Source of the DNA: Macrostomum lignano
Taxonomy: Eukaryota
Direction: 5' to 3'
Assembly (NCBI GenBank): GCA_002269645.1
Contig: NIVC01001831.1
Span: 124,001-188,000, forward strand
Length of the DNA stretch: 64,000 nt
A model generated the notes under the pieces. The model searched no databases, had not been told where the DNA came from, and was given only the letters and a program-made list of their open reading frames with translations. This document shows, one piece after another, positions 1-11,421 of this stretch; position 1 is the first letter of the stretch, and each line of letters begins with the position of its first letter. The position numbers and the translations under genes are program-made.

Positions 1-111
1 ATATAGACTTCAGTGTCTCCAAAGATTTCCTTGTGTTATCGGGACGCATCATATGTTGCTACTCATGAGTAGTAACAGCTGCATTGAACCCGACTTTCCA
101 ATTCCACGCAC

Positions 112-211
112 CATCCGCCGTAAGCCCAGAAACCGGCGTAGAACCCGAAGGCCAGGGTTTTGCCATTGATGTCCGAGCCCTCGAATGCGTCCTGCAGGTT
201 GTTGCTGTAGC
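112..211 (-). CDS. SLC7 / L-type amino acid transporter (LAT, b0,+AT-like), coding exon 3; gene continues off the left edge
   Basis: Acceptor ctcgcag|GC at 212/211. Translates GYSNNLQDAFEGSDINGKTLAFGFYAGFWAYGG(W), the conserved LAT 'AY.GW' motif, then donor TG|GTGCGT at 111. Phase 1 start matches the end of exon 2. Confidence 0.88.
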
Positions 212-468
212 CTGCGAGTGGAAATGGGGAGCGGAGGGTGGGTGAACTGCATGAGGTCCCGTCAGAGAACTCAGGCTCAGAATTTCTTAGAAATGCTAAT
301 GACTCTCAGAGCAACGTCTCATAGAAATATTTACTATTGCTTTGCGTTTTTCGAATTTTGGAAGTGTCTCTAATGCCAACTCAGAATGAAGAGCGTTCTC
401 AGTGCCTTGAGCACGTCCGATCGGCGCTGACAGAACAAACTGCACGGCAGTGGGGCTGCTCTGTTTAC

Positions 469-594
469 CTTTGCCAACGTGAATGAAGCCGAGAATGATG
501 ATGATCACGAGGGCCAGAAGCTTGCATCCGGTGAAAATTATCTGAGTTTTGGCCGCCCACTTCACGTTGATGCAGTTGATGGCCGTCAGCAGGC
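469..594 (-). CDS. SLC7 / L-type amino acid transporter, coding exon 2
   Basis: Acceptor cccgcag|GC, translation LLTAINCINVKWAAKTQIIFTGCKLLALVIIIILGFIHVGK (LAT TM4-5), donor G|GTAAAC. Phases agree with exons 1 and 3. Confidence 0.9.
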
Positions 595-939
595 CTGCGG
601 GATGGAGATGGCGGGAGGCTGGGGTTCGGGTTGACTCAGGCGATGCTATGAGATCCTTCACAGACTCTCCAGTTGCCATCGCTGTCTTCTGTGCTCATTT
701 AAACCCGAGTCCCGAGCGCCCCATGCCTCGGGCGGTGACCTACAAGGCCCACTTTTTTGAGTCTGGACTTGGCAACTCAATCAAGCATGCAAAACAATTT
801 TATTTTATTTTGGAATTCTCATTCTATGGATTCGTGTTCCTCCTCGGCATCCATATTCTCCCTATTTCCAGCATCGCTTACTTCCCATTCTCACTGGTCT
901 GATACCAATTCCTCCTAATCACATCACTGCCTGGTCCCA

Positions 940-2482
940 CACTCCCCGTTCCCATCACTCCCCGATCCCATCACTCTTTGATCCTATCACTCCTTGATCC
1001 CATCACTCCATGATCCCCTCACTCCCTGATCCCATCACTCCCTGATCCCATCACTCCCTGATCCCATCACTCCATGATCCCCTCACTCCCTGATCCCATC
1101 ACTTCCTGATCCCATCACTCCCTGATCCCATCACTCCCTGATCCAATTACTCCCTGATCCCATCACTCCATGATCCCCTCACTCCCTGATGCCATCACTC
1201 CCTGATCCAATTACTCCCTGATCCCATTACTACCTGATCCCATCACTCCTTGATCCCATCACTCCATGATCCCATCACTCCCTGATCCCATCACTCCCTG
1301 ATCCCATCACTCCCTGATCCAATTACTCCCTGATCCCATCACTCCCTGATCCCATCACTCCCTGATCCCATCACTCCCTGATCCCATCACTCCCTGATCC
1401 AATTACTCCCTGATCCCATCACTCCATGATCCCCTCACTCCCTGATCCCATCACTCCCTGATCCAATTGCTCCCTGATCCCATTACTACCTGATCCCATC
1501 ACTCCTTGATCCCATCACTCCATGATCCCATCACTCCCTGATCCCATCACTCCCTGATCCAATTACTCCCTGATCCCATCACTCCCTGATCCCATCACTC
1601 CCTGATCCCATCACTCCCTGATCCCATCACTCCCTGATCCAATTACTCCCTGATCCCATCACTCCATGATCCCCTCACTCCCTGATCCCATCACTCCCTG
1701 ATCCAATTGCTCCCTGATCCCATTACTACCTGATCCCATTACTACCTGATCCCATCACTCCATGATCCCATCACTCCCTGATCCCATCACTCCATGATCC
1801 AATTACTCCCTGATCCCATTACTACCTGATCCCATTACTACCTGATCCCATCACTCCATGATCCCCTCACTCCATGATCCCCTCACTCCCTGATCCCCTC
1901 ACTCCATGATCCCCTCACTCCCTGATCCCATCACTCCCTGATCCCATCACTCCCTGATCCCATCACTCCCTGATCCCATCACTCCCTGATCCAATTACTC
2001 CCTGATCCCATTACTACCTGATCCCATTACTCCATGATCCCATCACTCCCTGATCCCATCACTCCCTGATCCCATCACTCCCTGATCCCATCACTCCCTG
2101 ATCCCATCACTCCCTGATCCCATCACTCCCTGATCCAATTACTCCCTGATCCCATTACTACCTGATCCCATTACTCCATGATCCCATCACTCCCTGATCC
2201 CATCACTCCCTGATCCCATCACTCCCTGATCCCAGCACTCCCTGATCCCATCACTCCCTGATCCCAGCACTCCCTGATCCCATCACTCCCTGATCCCATC
2301 ACTCCCTGATCCCAGCACTCCCTGATCCCATCACTCCCTGATCCCATCACTCCCTGATCCCATCACTCCCTGATCCCATCACTCCCTGATCCCATCACTC
2401 CCTGATCCCAGCACTCCCTGATCCCATCACTCCCTGATCCCAGCACTCCCTGATCCCAGCACTCCCTGATCCCATTACTACC
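940..2482. repeat. 16-bp minisatellite (GATCCCATCACTCCCT and variants) in SLC7 intron 1; resumes at 7049-7101 beyond the Gypsy insertion
   Basis: About 95 tandem copies visible directly; degenerate at the left edge. Confidence 0.97.
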
Positions 2483-5400
2483 TGTAATTGCCTCGCAATA
2501 TTATTATCAATTTGTTCTAAATAGGCGAGTGAGTTATATTATAAATGTACATCTTGTGTCGCATGAGTCATGTACGCCGTACGCGTAAAACCTCAAATAT
2601 ATATATCGCTAACCTGGCCAGTTAGGGCCCCATGCTTGATTTTCTCGCTCAGCTTAACACGCGGCCTTGAGACTTTACAGTGGCGTCGCAAGCAAGCCCA
2701 CTTTGTCCAGTCACTCATGGCTCAATTCATCTCACTGCCACCCCCTGAGCAATTTAGCACTAGCGCAGATCAACAGAATGCCGGTAAACGCTGGAACAAA
2801 TGGTCCGATCATTTTTGTGACTTTATCGAAGCGTCAGGCATCAAAGACGAAACTCAGAAGTGCAAGCTCCTGGCCTACACGGCCGGCAGAGAAATCGCGC
2901 AAATCATTAAAGACCTGCCAGATGACAAGAAAGACAGCCTCGAAACTCTGCTCGCAGCAATAAAAGAGCACTTCAAGGAGCGCAACAACATCGTATTTGC
3001 CCGCTATCAGTTTCGTCTATGCGTTCAGCAAACCGGAGAGCCAGTGGACTCCTGGTACTCCCGACTCAACTCAGCGGCCGAGACATGCGAGTTCTCAGCA
3101 CTCAAGGACTCCCTAATCAGAGATCAGATAGTGGCGACATGCTGCTCCGATAAACTTCGGCGAAGATTGCTGCAGGAGTCCAACATCTCTCTCGGCGATG
3201 CGTTGAGACAAGCGCGCGCGTTTGAAGCAGCAGAAGAGCAGGCCACGGCCATTGAGAACTCCAGTAGCATCGCAGCAGTGCACAGAGCGGCACCGAAGCA
3301 GTTCAGAGACAGCGGAACGCGCCCGAACAGTCAGCGGGTCCCTGGCGGCCAAGCAAACAGCGGCCCAACCAGCTGCTATCGATGCGGCGAACGCGGGCAC
3401 AGCTCATGCAACGCGGCAAAAGGCAAAACCTGCCTGGCATGCGGCAAGCCAAACCATCTCGCCAAAGCATGCAGACAACGCAGGCCTCAAACAAGCTCCA
3501 GCATCAACGCCGTAGCGGACAAAGAAGCTGAGGAGGTCTTCATCGATCACGATTCGCTAAATGAGGAGGCCTTCACTATCCAGTCGCAAAAAACGGCACC
3601 TAGACGCAACTCCGCCAACACTAATCTGAGGATCGAGGGCAAGGACTTCATCGTACTCGTGGATAGTGGAGCCAGTTGCAACGTCATGAGCGAGGAGAAC
3701 TTCCGGCGGCTAAGAAATGTTCGACTGCGCAGCGCCATCCATCCAATTTTCAGCTACGGGTCCACAACGCCTCTCCAAGTCCTGGGTGTCGCTGACCTCA
3801 TCGTGAGCACCGCAGCTAGCAGACAACTAGCTTCATTCTACATCACCAAAGGCTGTGGAACCACACTACTCGGTCAAGAAACCGCTTTCAACATGGGAAT
3901 TCTGCACATCCAACATCCAACAGTTGAAGTCAACTCGGTGCAGCCCACGGAAAATCTAGCCGCATCAGGTATTCAAGAGCTGTTCTCCAAGTACAGAGAT
4001 GTCGACCAAGATCTTCCAACCGAACTCCGCATCAGCAGCATCCTTGGTGAGTTTCAGTCAATCTTCGAAGGCCTTGGCTGCGTTAAGGGCGTCGAGGTCG
4101 ACGTTCGTCTTCGACCAGAAGCTGTCCCAGTCTGTCACCCACCCTCCAGAGTTCCCGTCCACCAGCGGTCGGCGGTCATCGCGGAACTTCAGGCTCTCCT
4201 CGACCAAGGAATCATCGAGCGCGTCAACGGCCCGTCACCGTGGGTCTCCCGCATGGTTGTCGTCCCGAAAGAAGGCGGTGGCATCCGCATCTGCCAAGAC
4301 CTGCGCGACGTCAACTCATTTGCCGTGCCAGAAAAGCAGCCCATCCCAACCTTTGAAGAGATCACGGACGAAATGGCGGGTTCCACGGTATTCAGCGAGC
4401 TCGACATCGTAAAGGCTTTCCACCAAATTCTTGTCAAACCGGAATCCCGTCACGTCTTCACCTTCAGCACCCCACTGGGTCTCATGCGACTGACCAGACT
4501 CAGCATGGGATTCACCAACGCATCCGAGATATTGCAAAGGGTTATGACAGGCGTCCTGAGCGGCCTTGACGGTGTCCGATGGGCACACGATGACATCACC
4601 GTCTTTGCGAGCACGATGGAAGAGCACAACATCCGACTAAAACAGTGCTTCAAGCGCCTACAAGACCATGGAATCACACTCAACCCGAACAAGTGTCGCC
4701 TGGCACAGCCTTTCATCGATTTTCTTGGTATGCGCATCAGCGCACGAGGCGTTCAGCCTGCAGCCGAGAAGATCAAGGCCGTCAAAGACTTTAAGGAGCC
4801 AACAAATGTGTCAGAGCTGCGCTCATTCCTCGGTTTGGCCACCTACCTGTCCAGGTTCGTTCCGAACTTCTCAGATCTGACGCAGCCAATGCGAGAACTG
4901 TTAAAAAAAGGTCATAAATGGTGCTGGTCAGAAAGGCAACAAGAAGCATTCCTGCAAACAAGAGCAGCGATCTGCAAGGAGAGCGTCCTGGCCTTCTTTG
5001 ACGTGAATCTCCCAACAGAAGTTCATGTGGACGCCTCACCAGTCGGCCTGGGTGCCATTCTCAGCCAGATGGATGAGAAAGGCGTTCGCAAACCGGTCGC
5101 CTTCGCCAGCAGGTCGCTCACGCCAGTTGAGCAGCGATACGCCCAAATTGAACGCGAGGCGCTTGCGGTGAAATTCGAGTGCCTACGTTTCGAGCACTAC
5201 CTCAGCGGCTGCCCAGATCTCACAGTCATCACGGATCACCGCCCATTAGTCCCGCTTTTTCAACCTGGTTCCAGGCCTCCACCAAGGATTGAACGGATGG
5301 CTTTAAGAGTGCAGCACCTCAAATTCAAGCTCATCTATCAGCCGGGGCCACAGAATCCAGCGGATGTCCTCAGTAGACAACCTGAAATGCAGACAAAGGA

Positions 5401-7048
5401 CAACCCCGGGGAACTCCTGGACAGACGCTTCATCAACGCAGTCGCCATCGGCTCTACTCCGAAAGGACTGAACTTTGCAACAATTCAGGAGGCTTCAAAG
5501 TCAGACGGCACGATCCAAGCAGCTCTATCAGCTCTACGAACTGGCCAATGGGACAAGCAGAACAGAGAACTGCGAGCCTTGTCCTGCCTGCAGCAGGAGC
5601 TTTCAGAACATGACGGCGTGCTACTACGGAGCTCGTTGATCGTGATCCCGAGCAGCTTACGTCGGACGGTGCTCCAGCTGGCACATGCAGGCCACCAATG
5701 CTGCCGAAAAACTATGGACAGACTGCAAACCAAAGTCTGGTGGCCAGCGATGAGAAGCGACTGCCAGGCGTTCGTCCAGTCTTGCCTTCCCTGCCAAGCG
5801 ACATCGCCGAAGAGCCTCGCACCGCCACCACTCTCACCGTCGCAACTTCCGGACGGAGCATGGCTGGTTCTTGGAATGGACTTTTACGGCCCAGTCCAAG
5901 GGAAAATGCTCCTGGTGACAACCGATCTGTTTTCAAAATTTCCCGAGGTCGACATAGTCAGCTCAACATCAGCAGAGGCAGTGCTTCCGCATCTCCGGAC
6001 TCTGTTTAGCAGATACGGCATCCCGTTGGAAATCGTCAGCGACAATGGACCTCCGTTTAACTCGGCAGAATTCACAAACTTCCTCTCAGAGTTCGGCATC
6101 AAGCATCGCCGGATCTGTCCGCTGCACCCCGAGGCGAACGGAGCGACCGAGCGAGTCAACAGGTGCATCAACAAGGTCATCAGAGCGGCCATCGCAGAAG
6201 GACGCAACTGGCGCACCGCACTCGACGACTGGCTGCTCGCTCATCGCGTCACTCCGCACTCGGCAACCGGCGTGGCACCAGCCGAACTACTCATGGGCCG
6301 AGCTCTCAACGACGGCCTCCCGTCAATCCAACCATCGCAGCCTGTGCAGCACGACCGCGCCGAACTCGCAAAGCGCCACGAGGCCTACAACAACCAGATG
6401 GCAGCAGGTTTCAACCGCTCCAGGAGGGCCAAGGCAGCCAATGTCAAGCCGGGTTCGGCGGTTCTTCGCAAGCGGACGAGACGCACGAAAATTCAAACGC
6501 CTTTCGAGCTCGAACCCTGGACCGTCACCGACAGGCGAGGCGATTCCTACGTCCTGCGGCAAGGCGACCGGACATGCACTCGCCACCTGACGCACATCCG
6601 GCCTCTGACAGCGACCGAGGACCCACCACCAGAAGCGGACGCCGGCGCCGCCTCGCCGGAGCGCGGCATTGCTGAGAGGCCGCACCCGAGAGCGGCCAAG
6701 GACAAGCCTATCAGCTACAGAGTTTGACGGGTTTTGACGGGTAACTGGTGCTAAGGGCTGAGACAAATGTTTTTTTACCCTTAATGTTTTATTCCTTTTT
6801 CCTTATCCTTTTAATCCGCATTTTTGAGCTTTTTCGTTTTTTGGGGAGAAGTGTAATTGCCTCGCAATATTATTATCAATTTGTTCTAAATAGGCGAGTG
6901 AGTTATATTATAAATGTACATCTTGTGTCGCATGAGTCATGTACGCCGTACGCGTAAAACCTCAAATATATATATCGCTAACCTGGCCAGTTAGGGCCCC
7001 ATGCTTGATTTTCTTGCTCAGCTTAACACGTGGCCTTGAGACTTTACA
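2483..7048 (+). mobile_element. Full-length Ty3/Gypsy LTR retrotransposon (Mag-like), apparently intact and young
   Basis: LTRs 2483-2679 and 6852-7048, each 197 bp, TG...CA, with 2 mismatches. 5-bp TSD CTACC at 2478-2482 and 7049-7053. TGG-starting PBS-like sequence at 2681 and PPT ggggagaag before the 3' LTR. Single uninterrupted gag-pol ORF. Confidence 0.97.
2717..6727 (+). CDS. Gypsy gag-pol polyprotein (gag with two CCHC-type knuckles, protease, RT, RNase H, integrase)
   Basis: Knuckles CYRCGERGH and CLACGKPNHLAKAC; protease LVDSGAS; RT ICQDLRDVN, ELDIVKAFHQ, AHDD; RNase H VDASPVGLGAIL, EREALAV, TDHRPL; integrase H-H-C-C, MDFYGP, SDNGPPF, NGATERVN. PR-RT-RH-IN order is Gypsy. ATG at 2717 is the first in-frame ATG after the LTR. 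Confidence 0.96.
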   Translation: MAQFISLPPPEQFSTSADQQNAGKRWNKWSDHFCDFIEASGIKDETQKCKLLAYTAGREIAQIIKDLPDDKKDSLETLLAAIKEHFKERNNIVFARYQFRLCVQQTGEPVDSWYSRLNSAAETCEFSALKDSLIRDQIVATCCSDKLRRRLLQESNISLGDALRQARAFEAAEEQATAIENSSSIAAVHRAAPKQFRDSGTRPNSQRVPGGQANSGPTSCYRCGERGHSSCNAAKGKTCLACGKPNHLAKACRQRRPQTSSSINAVADKEAEEVFIDHDSLNEEAFTIQSQKTAPRRNSANTNLRIEGKDFIVLVDSGASCNVMSEENFRRLRNVRLRSAIHPIFSYGSTTPLQVLGVADLIVSTAASRQLASFYITKGCGTTLLGQETAFNMGILHIQHPTVEVNSVQPTENLAASGIQELFSKYRDVDQDLPTELRISSILGEFQSIFEGLGCVKGVEVDVRLRPEAVPVCHPPSRVPVHQRSAVIAELQALLDQGIIERVNGPSPWVSRMVVVPKEGGGIRICQDLRDVNSFAVPEKQPIPTFEEITDEMAGSTVFSELDIVKAFHQILVKPESRHVFTFSTPLGLMRLTRLSMGFTNASEILQRVMTGVLSGLDGVRWAHDDITVFASTMEEHNIRLKQCFKRLQDHGITLNPNKCRLAQPFIDFLGMRISARGVQPAAEKIKAVKDFKEPTNVSELRSFLGLATYLSRFVPNFSDLTQPMRELLKKGHKWCWSERQQEAFLQTRAAICKESVLAFFDVNLPTEVHVDASPVGLGAILSQMDEKGVRKPVAFASRSLTPVEQRYAQIEREALAVKFECLRFEHYLSGCPDLTVITDHRPLVPLFQPGSRPPPRIERMALRVQHLKFKLIYQPGPQNPADVLSRQPEMQTKDNPGELLDRRFINAVAIGSTPKGLNFATIQEASKSDGTIQAALSALRTGQWDKQNRELRALSCLQQELSEHDGVLLRSSLIVIPSSLRRTVLQLAHAGHQCCRKTMDRLQTKVWWPAMRSDCQAFVQSCLPCQATSPKSLAPPPLSPSQLPDGAWLVLGMDFYGPVQGKMLLVTTDLFSKFPEVDIVSSTSAEAVLPHLRTLFSRYGIPLEIVSDNGPPFNSAEFTNFLSEFGIKHRRICPLHPEANGATERVNRCINKVIRAAIAEGRNWRTALDDWLLAHRVTPHSATGVAPAELLMGRALNDGLPSIQPSQPVQHDRAELAKRHEAYNNQMAAGFNRSRRAKAANVKPGSAVLRKRTRRTKIQTPFELEPWTVTDRRGDSYVLRQGDRTCTRHLTHIRPLTATEDPPPEADAGAASPERGIAERPHPRAAKDKPISYRV

Positions 7049-7101
7049 CTACCTGATTCCATTACTCCTTGATCCCATTACTCCCTGATCCCAGCACTCA
7101 C

Positions 7102-7513
7102 TGATGGCGCAGGCTCCGAGCAGCTTCGCGGCCCAGCCATCCGGCATGCAGGCGGTTTCTGGGAAGCCTCTGAGCACGTACTCGGCGAAGATAAGGGCGC
7201 TGGCTGCCGTGGGCACCGCGCACACCATGAAGAAGATCGTCCACAGAGTAAGGAAGCCGATCAGCGGCCCGAAGGCCTCCTTGATGTAGATGTACTCGCC
7301 GCCGGACTTGGGGATGGCGACTCCCAGCTCGGCGTAGCACAGCGCGCCCAGGATGCTGAACACCCCGGAGGCCGCCCAGATGCACAGCGAGGCGCCCACC
7401 GACTTGACCTCGCGAATGACGCCAACGGGAGACAGGAAGATGCCGCTGCCGATGATGATGCCAACGATGACGGCCACCCCGTGCATCAGCGTGAGTTCCT
7501 TCTTCAGGGCCAC

Positions 7514-7544
<31 letters not shown>

Positions 7545-7561
7545 GAACCTTCTGAAGCCAT
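7102..7561 (-). CDS. SLC7 / L-type amino acid transporter, first coding exon
   Basis: MASEGSQ9RVALKKELTLMHGVAVIVGIIIGSGIFLSP...GALCYAELGVAIPKSGGEYIYIKEAFG are SLC7 signature motifs. Donor ATCA|GTGAGT at 7101. Start codon is uncertain because the frame stays open further upstream. Confidence 0.9.
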
Positions 7562-7709
7562 GGCTTTGCCGTTGCTGCTGTGCTGCTGCTGTGCGCCCGC
7601 TGCTGAGTTCCCTGACGCTGCTGCAGCTTCTGGGGAAGCCTTCGAGTTGGAGGATGATGAGCCATTTTTAATGCGAAGGTATGAGTACTGAGCAGTGTCT
7701 AGGCGTAAT

Positions 7710-8582
7710 TCATATCCCAGATCCCATTGTGCTAAGATATCCCAGATCCCATTGAGACCAGATATCCCAGATCCCATTGAGACCAGATATCCCAGATCTT
7801 ATTGAGTCAAGATATCCCAGATCTTATTGAGTCAAGATATCCCAGATCTTATTGAGTCAAGATTTCCCAGATCTTATTGAGTCAAGATATTTCAGGTCCC
7901 ATTGAGTCAAGATATCCCAGATCTTATTGAGTCAAGATATTTCAGGTCCCATTGAGTCAAGATATCCCAGATCTTATTGAGTCAAGATATCCCAGATCTT
8001 ATTGAGTCAAGATATCCCAAATCCCATTGAGTCAAGGTATCCCAGATCCCTATTGAGTCCAGATATCCCAAATCCCATTGAGTCAAGATATCCCAGATCT
8101 TATTGAGTCAAGATATCCCAGATCTTATTGAGTCAAGATATCCCAGATCTTATTGAGTCCAGATATCCCAAATCCCATTGAGTCAAGATATCCCAGATCC
8201 CATTGAGTCAAGATATGCCAGATCCCATTGAGTCAAGATATCCCAGATCCCATTGAGTCAAGATTTCCCAGATCCCATTGAGTCAAGATATGCCAGATCC
8301 CTATTGAGTCCAGATATCCCAAATATCATTGAGTCAAGATATGCCAGATCCCATTGAGTCCAGATATCCCAAATCCCATTGAGTCAAGATATCCCAGATC
8401 CCATTGAGTCAAGATATGCCAGATCCCATTGAGTCAAGATATCCCAGATCCCATTGAGTCAAGATATGCCAGATCCCATTGAGTCAAGATATGCCAGATC
8501 CCTATTGAGTCCAGATATCCCAAATATCATTGAGTCAAGATATGCCAGATCCCATTGAGTCAAGATATCCTAGATTCCCATT
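7710..8582. repeat. 25-bp minisatellite (GATATCCCAGATCCCATTGAGTCAA)
   Basis: About 34 tandem copies directly upstream of the SLC7 coding exon, probably in a 5' UTR intron. Confidence 0.96.
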
Positions 8583-9696
8583 GAAAGCAGTCTGCGAATT
8601 TCATTCAGTATCTTTAACTTTTCAGCGCTGTCTATTTTCTAGAAATGACCTTAAATAAAATTAAGTTGCCAGCATCACTGGGCCCGCCCACATCGAGCAA
8701 TCAGTCAATTTGACAGACAGTAAATGAAGCACTGAAGCTGTGTTTCAGCTGTCTACAAAGCTTATTGAAAAGTGTCTGGAGATTTACAAACTGCGAGGCG
8801 CACAAGAGATTGGCAGGAGGGCCATTATTAATAAGCCGGGGCGATAAGGCCGGCCATAAAAGCCCTGGAGGCGCCCCCAGCTTGGCATGCGCCCGGGCCG
8901 TGCCAGCCCTGACCGGCGCTGTCGCACACCTTTCGGGGTCACCCCCCCCGTTCTGAACGAGGCCTGGCCTCGAATTTCAGGGGAGCCTGGACGGCATGCC
9001 GCTTCGTCATGACGGCGCGGTGCCCCGGACTGCCAGCTGTCACTCTCCCATGCAGACAGGGCCCCTGGCTCGTATCTGCCGCCAGCCATTGTCGAGAGTG
9101 AGAGAAATCTACGCCTTGAGTTTACTTCAGTCAAAGTCCGGCAGCACTGGCTGATTTCCCGCGTAGTCACAGGGATTTCTCAGCTTATTGCACTTCCGCT
9201 GCGGTGTGCGGGCTTTCGATTCGGGCTCGTATCTGTGCAGTGGGCTGGCGTGGCTTCTCAGTACAGGGGAAGGCATTTCCTGGAAAGCGTGTTAGGTCCC
9301 TCCAATGACTGAGATAAGAAACTACAGAGGGAGCTCTGGACTGGGCTCACTGGGTGGGCTTGCAGTTATACGGGAGCCATTGAGCTGAAGTCGCTTCCCT
9401 ACTGCTTGAGCCGTGAGTCCATGGCAGCTGCTTAAAGTGGACTGTAATGCACACTAACAATAACTTTTAATGCTAAGTGCTACTGTACAGTGGCAGTGCG
9501 CGAGCTACTGCTCTGCTTCTCCGGAATTCAGCACACGCAGACACATGTAGGAATGAAAGCTGAAGTGTTGTGCATAAATGCTGAGTTGGTGCCTCGGATA
9601 CACACCTGCGCTGGCGCACGGAGGCGGGTGTAGCGAGTCCGCTGCAGTGATGGCTCGGGCTGGGAGGGTTGATGGCCCTGCTTGAGATAGATACAG

Positions 9697-10456
9697 ACAG
9701 GCATTGAGATATGCTGTGACAGACATTGAGATATGCTGTGACAGGCATTGAGATATGCTGTGACAGGCATTGAGATATGCTGTGACAGGCATTGAGATAT
9801 GCTGTGACAGGCATTGAGATATGCTGTGACAGGCATTGAGATATGCTGTGACAGGCATTGAGATATGCTGTGACAGGCATTGAGATATGCTGTGACAGGC
9901 ATTGAGATATGCAGTGACAGGCATTGAGATATGCTGTGACAGGCATTGAGATATGCTGTGACAGGCATTGAGATATGCTGTGACAGGCATTGAGATATGC
10001 TGTGACAGGCATTGATATATGCAGTGACAGGCATTGAGATATGCAGTGACAGGCATTGAGATATGCTGTGACAGGCATTGAGATATGCAGTGACAGGCAT
10101 TGAGATATGCTGTGACAGGCATTGAGATATGCTGTGACAGGCATTGAGATATGCAGTGACAGGCATTGATATATGCTGTGACAGGCATTGAGATATGCTG
10201 TGACAGGCATTGAGATATGCAGTGACAGGCATTGAGATATGCTGTGACAGGCATTGAGATATGCAGTGACAGGCATTGAGATATGCTGTGACAGGCATTG
10301 AGATATGCTGTGACAGGCATTGAGATATGCAGTGACAGGCATTGATATATGCAGTGACAGGCATTGAGATATGCAGTGACAGGCATTGAGATATGCTGTG
10401 ACAGGCATTGAGATATGCTGTGACAGGCATTGAGATATGCTGTGACAGGCATTGAA
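9697..10456. repeat. 22-bp minisatellite (GCATTGAGATATGCTGTGACAG)
   Basis: About 34 tandem copies; explains the 300+ aa repetitive ORFs in the track. Confidence 0.97.
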
Positions 10457-10504
10457 ATATTGATTGAGAAGCACTCAGGCCGCACTGATCTGCCCCCTAC
10501 TCAC

Positions 10505-10720
10505 CAAAAAGTAAAAATTCTCTTCTGAATGTGGGGTTGTCCTCAGCTGCGACTCGAACTCAGGTGGAGAGCTTCGGCAAGCGGCAGCGGATATTCGTGG
10601 AAAATGCCAATCGGTGCGGTCGAGACCCTCAAAATCCAAAGCGCTGCAAGTTTATGGCCGCCGCCGCCACCACCCGCCGAGCCGCACCACTCGGGGTCGC
10701 GCGATTGGCTGGCTCAAGAA
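10505..10720 (-). promoter_or_regulatory. Candidate non-coding first exon / promoter of the SLC7 gene
   Basis: Strong minus-strand donor TTTG|GTGAGTAG at 10504, next to a GC-rich island with a CCAAT box near 10706-10710. Assignment to SLC7 is inferred from orientation only. Confidence 0.35.
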
Positions 10721-11421
10721 GCCCCTCGCGGTTTCTGAATTTTAGACTACGATTCGCTCAACTACTTATAGTAGCTTGAACGGACGTCATTTAGTAAAAA
10801 AATCGATCAAGTTAGACCCAAGTATTGCTTAGCTGCTCTTGTGGTTTGTGTACTTTTTTGAAGGCTGGGTTTTTCCGCTTGAAATACAATAAAACAGCAA
10901 GGACAACTAGGCTACTTGGAACCTGTTACGGCCAGGTCATAGTTTAGTGGTCCTTGTAATACAACTAGAAACAGTGTAACGTTTTCAACACAAACATTTT
11001 GTAGTCAGTTTAAGGCAGGAGTATCTTTATCACAGAATCAGCCAAAGGCTTCATATTTTCGCATTTAACTATAGAATTGGCAATGAAAGCAATCAGAATG
11101 TGTCCAGCGAAAAGGTTAAGTATTCTTTATACTATTGAGCACAATTTTAGACAGTTCGAAAAGGATGCTCAAAAATAGAATTTAAATAGACCCACGAAAA
11201 GATCACCTGCTACTCGAGGGTCATTAATATTGCTTTATTCTTACAGAGGAATGGTCAGTGAATATTCTTCTTACAATCTTCCTTAGTGCTGCATTCTACA
11301 AAATTGAAATTGTTTTCTCTTGAACCACTGACATCAATAAAAATTCTCTGGATTGGAGACTGCATAGCGCTCGAATCATTGCATTAATTATCGCTTTTAG
11401 AGATTCTGTCTGCAATGCCTC

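Noticed and set aside
3113-6766. Many short ORFs overlapping the Gypsy, GPCR, ankyrin and PUF60 coding regions in other frames or antisense
   Set aside because: These are shadow ORFs expected from GC-rich codon usage and show no recognisable domains.
7562-7777. In-frame N-terminal extension of SLC7 (MGSGISGLNGIWDILAQWDLG…)
   Set aside because: The upstream part is translated 25-bp minisatellite, so it is likely intronic. The true start is at or near 7561.
8765-9470. GC-rich island with 60-130 aa ORFs upstream of SLC7
   Set aside because: No protein or TE motif found in the frames I translated; left unassigned.
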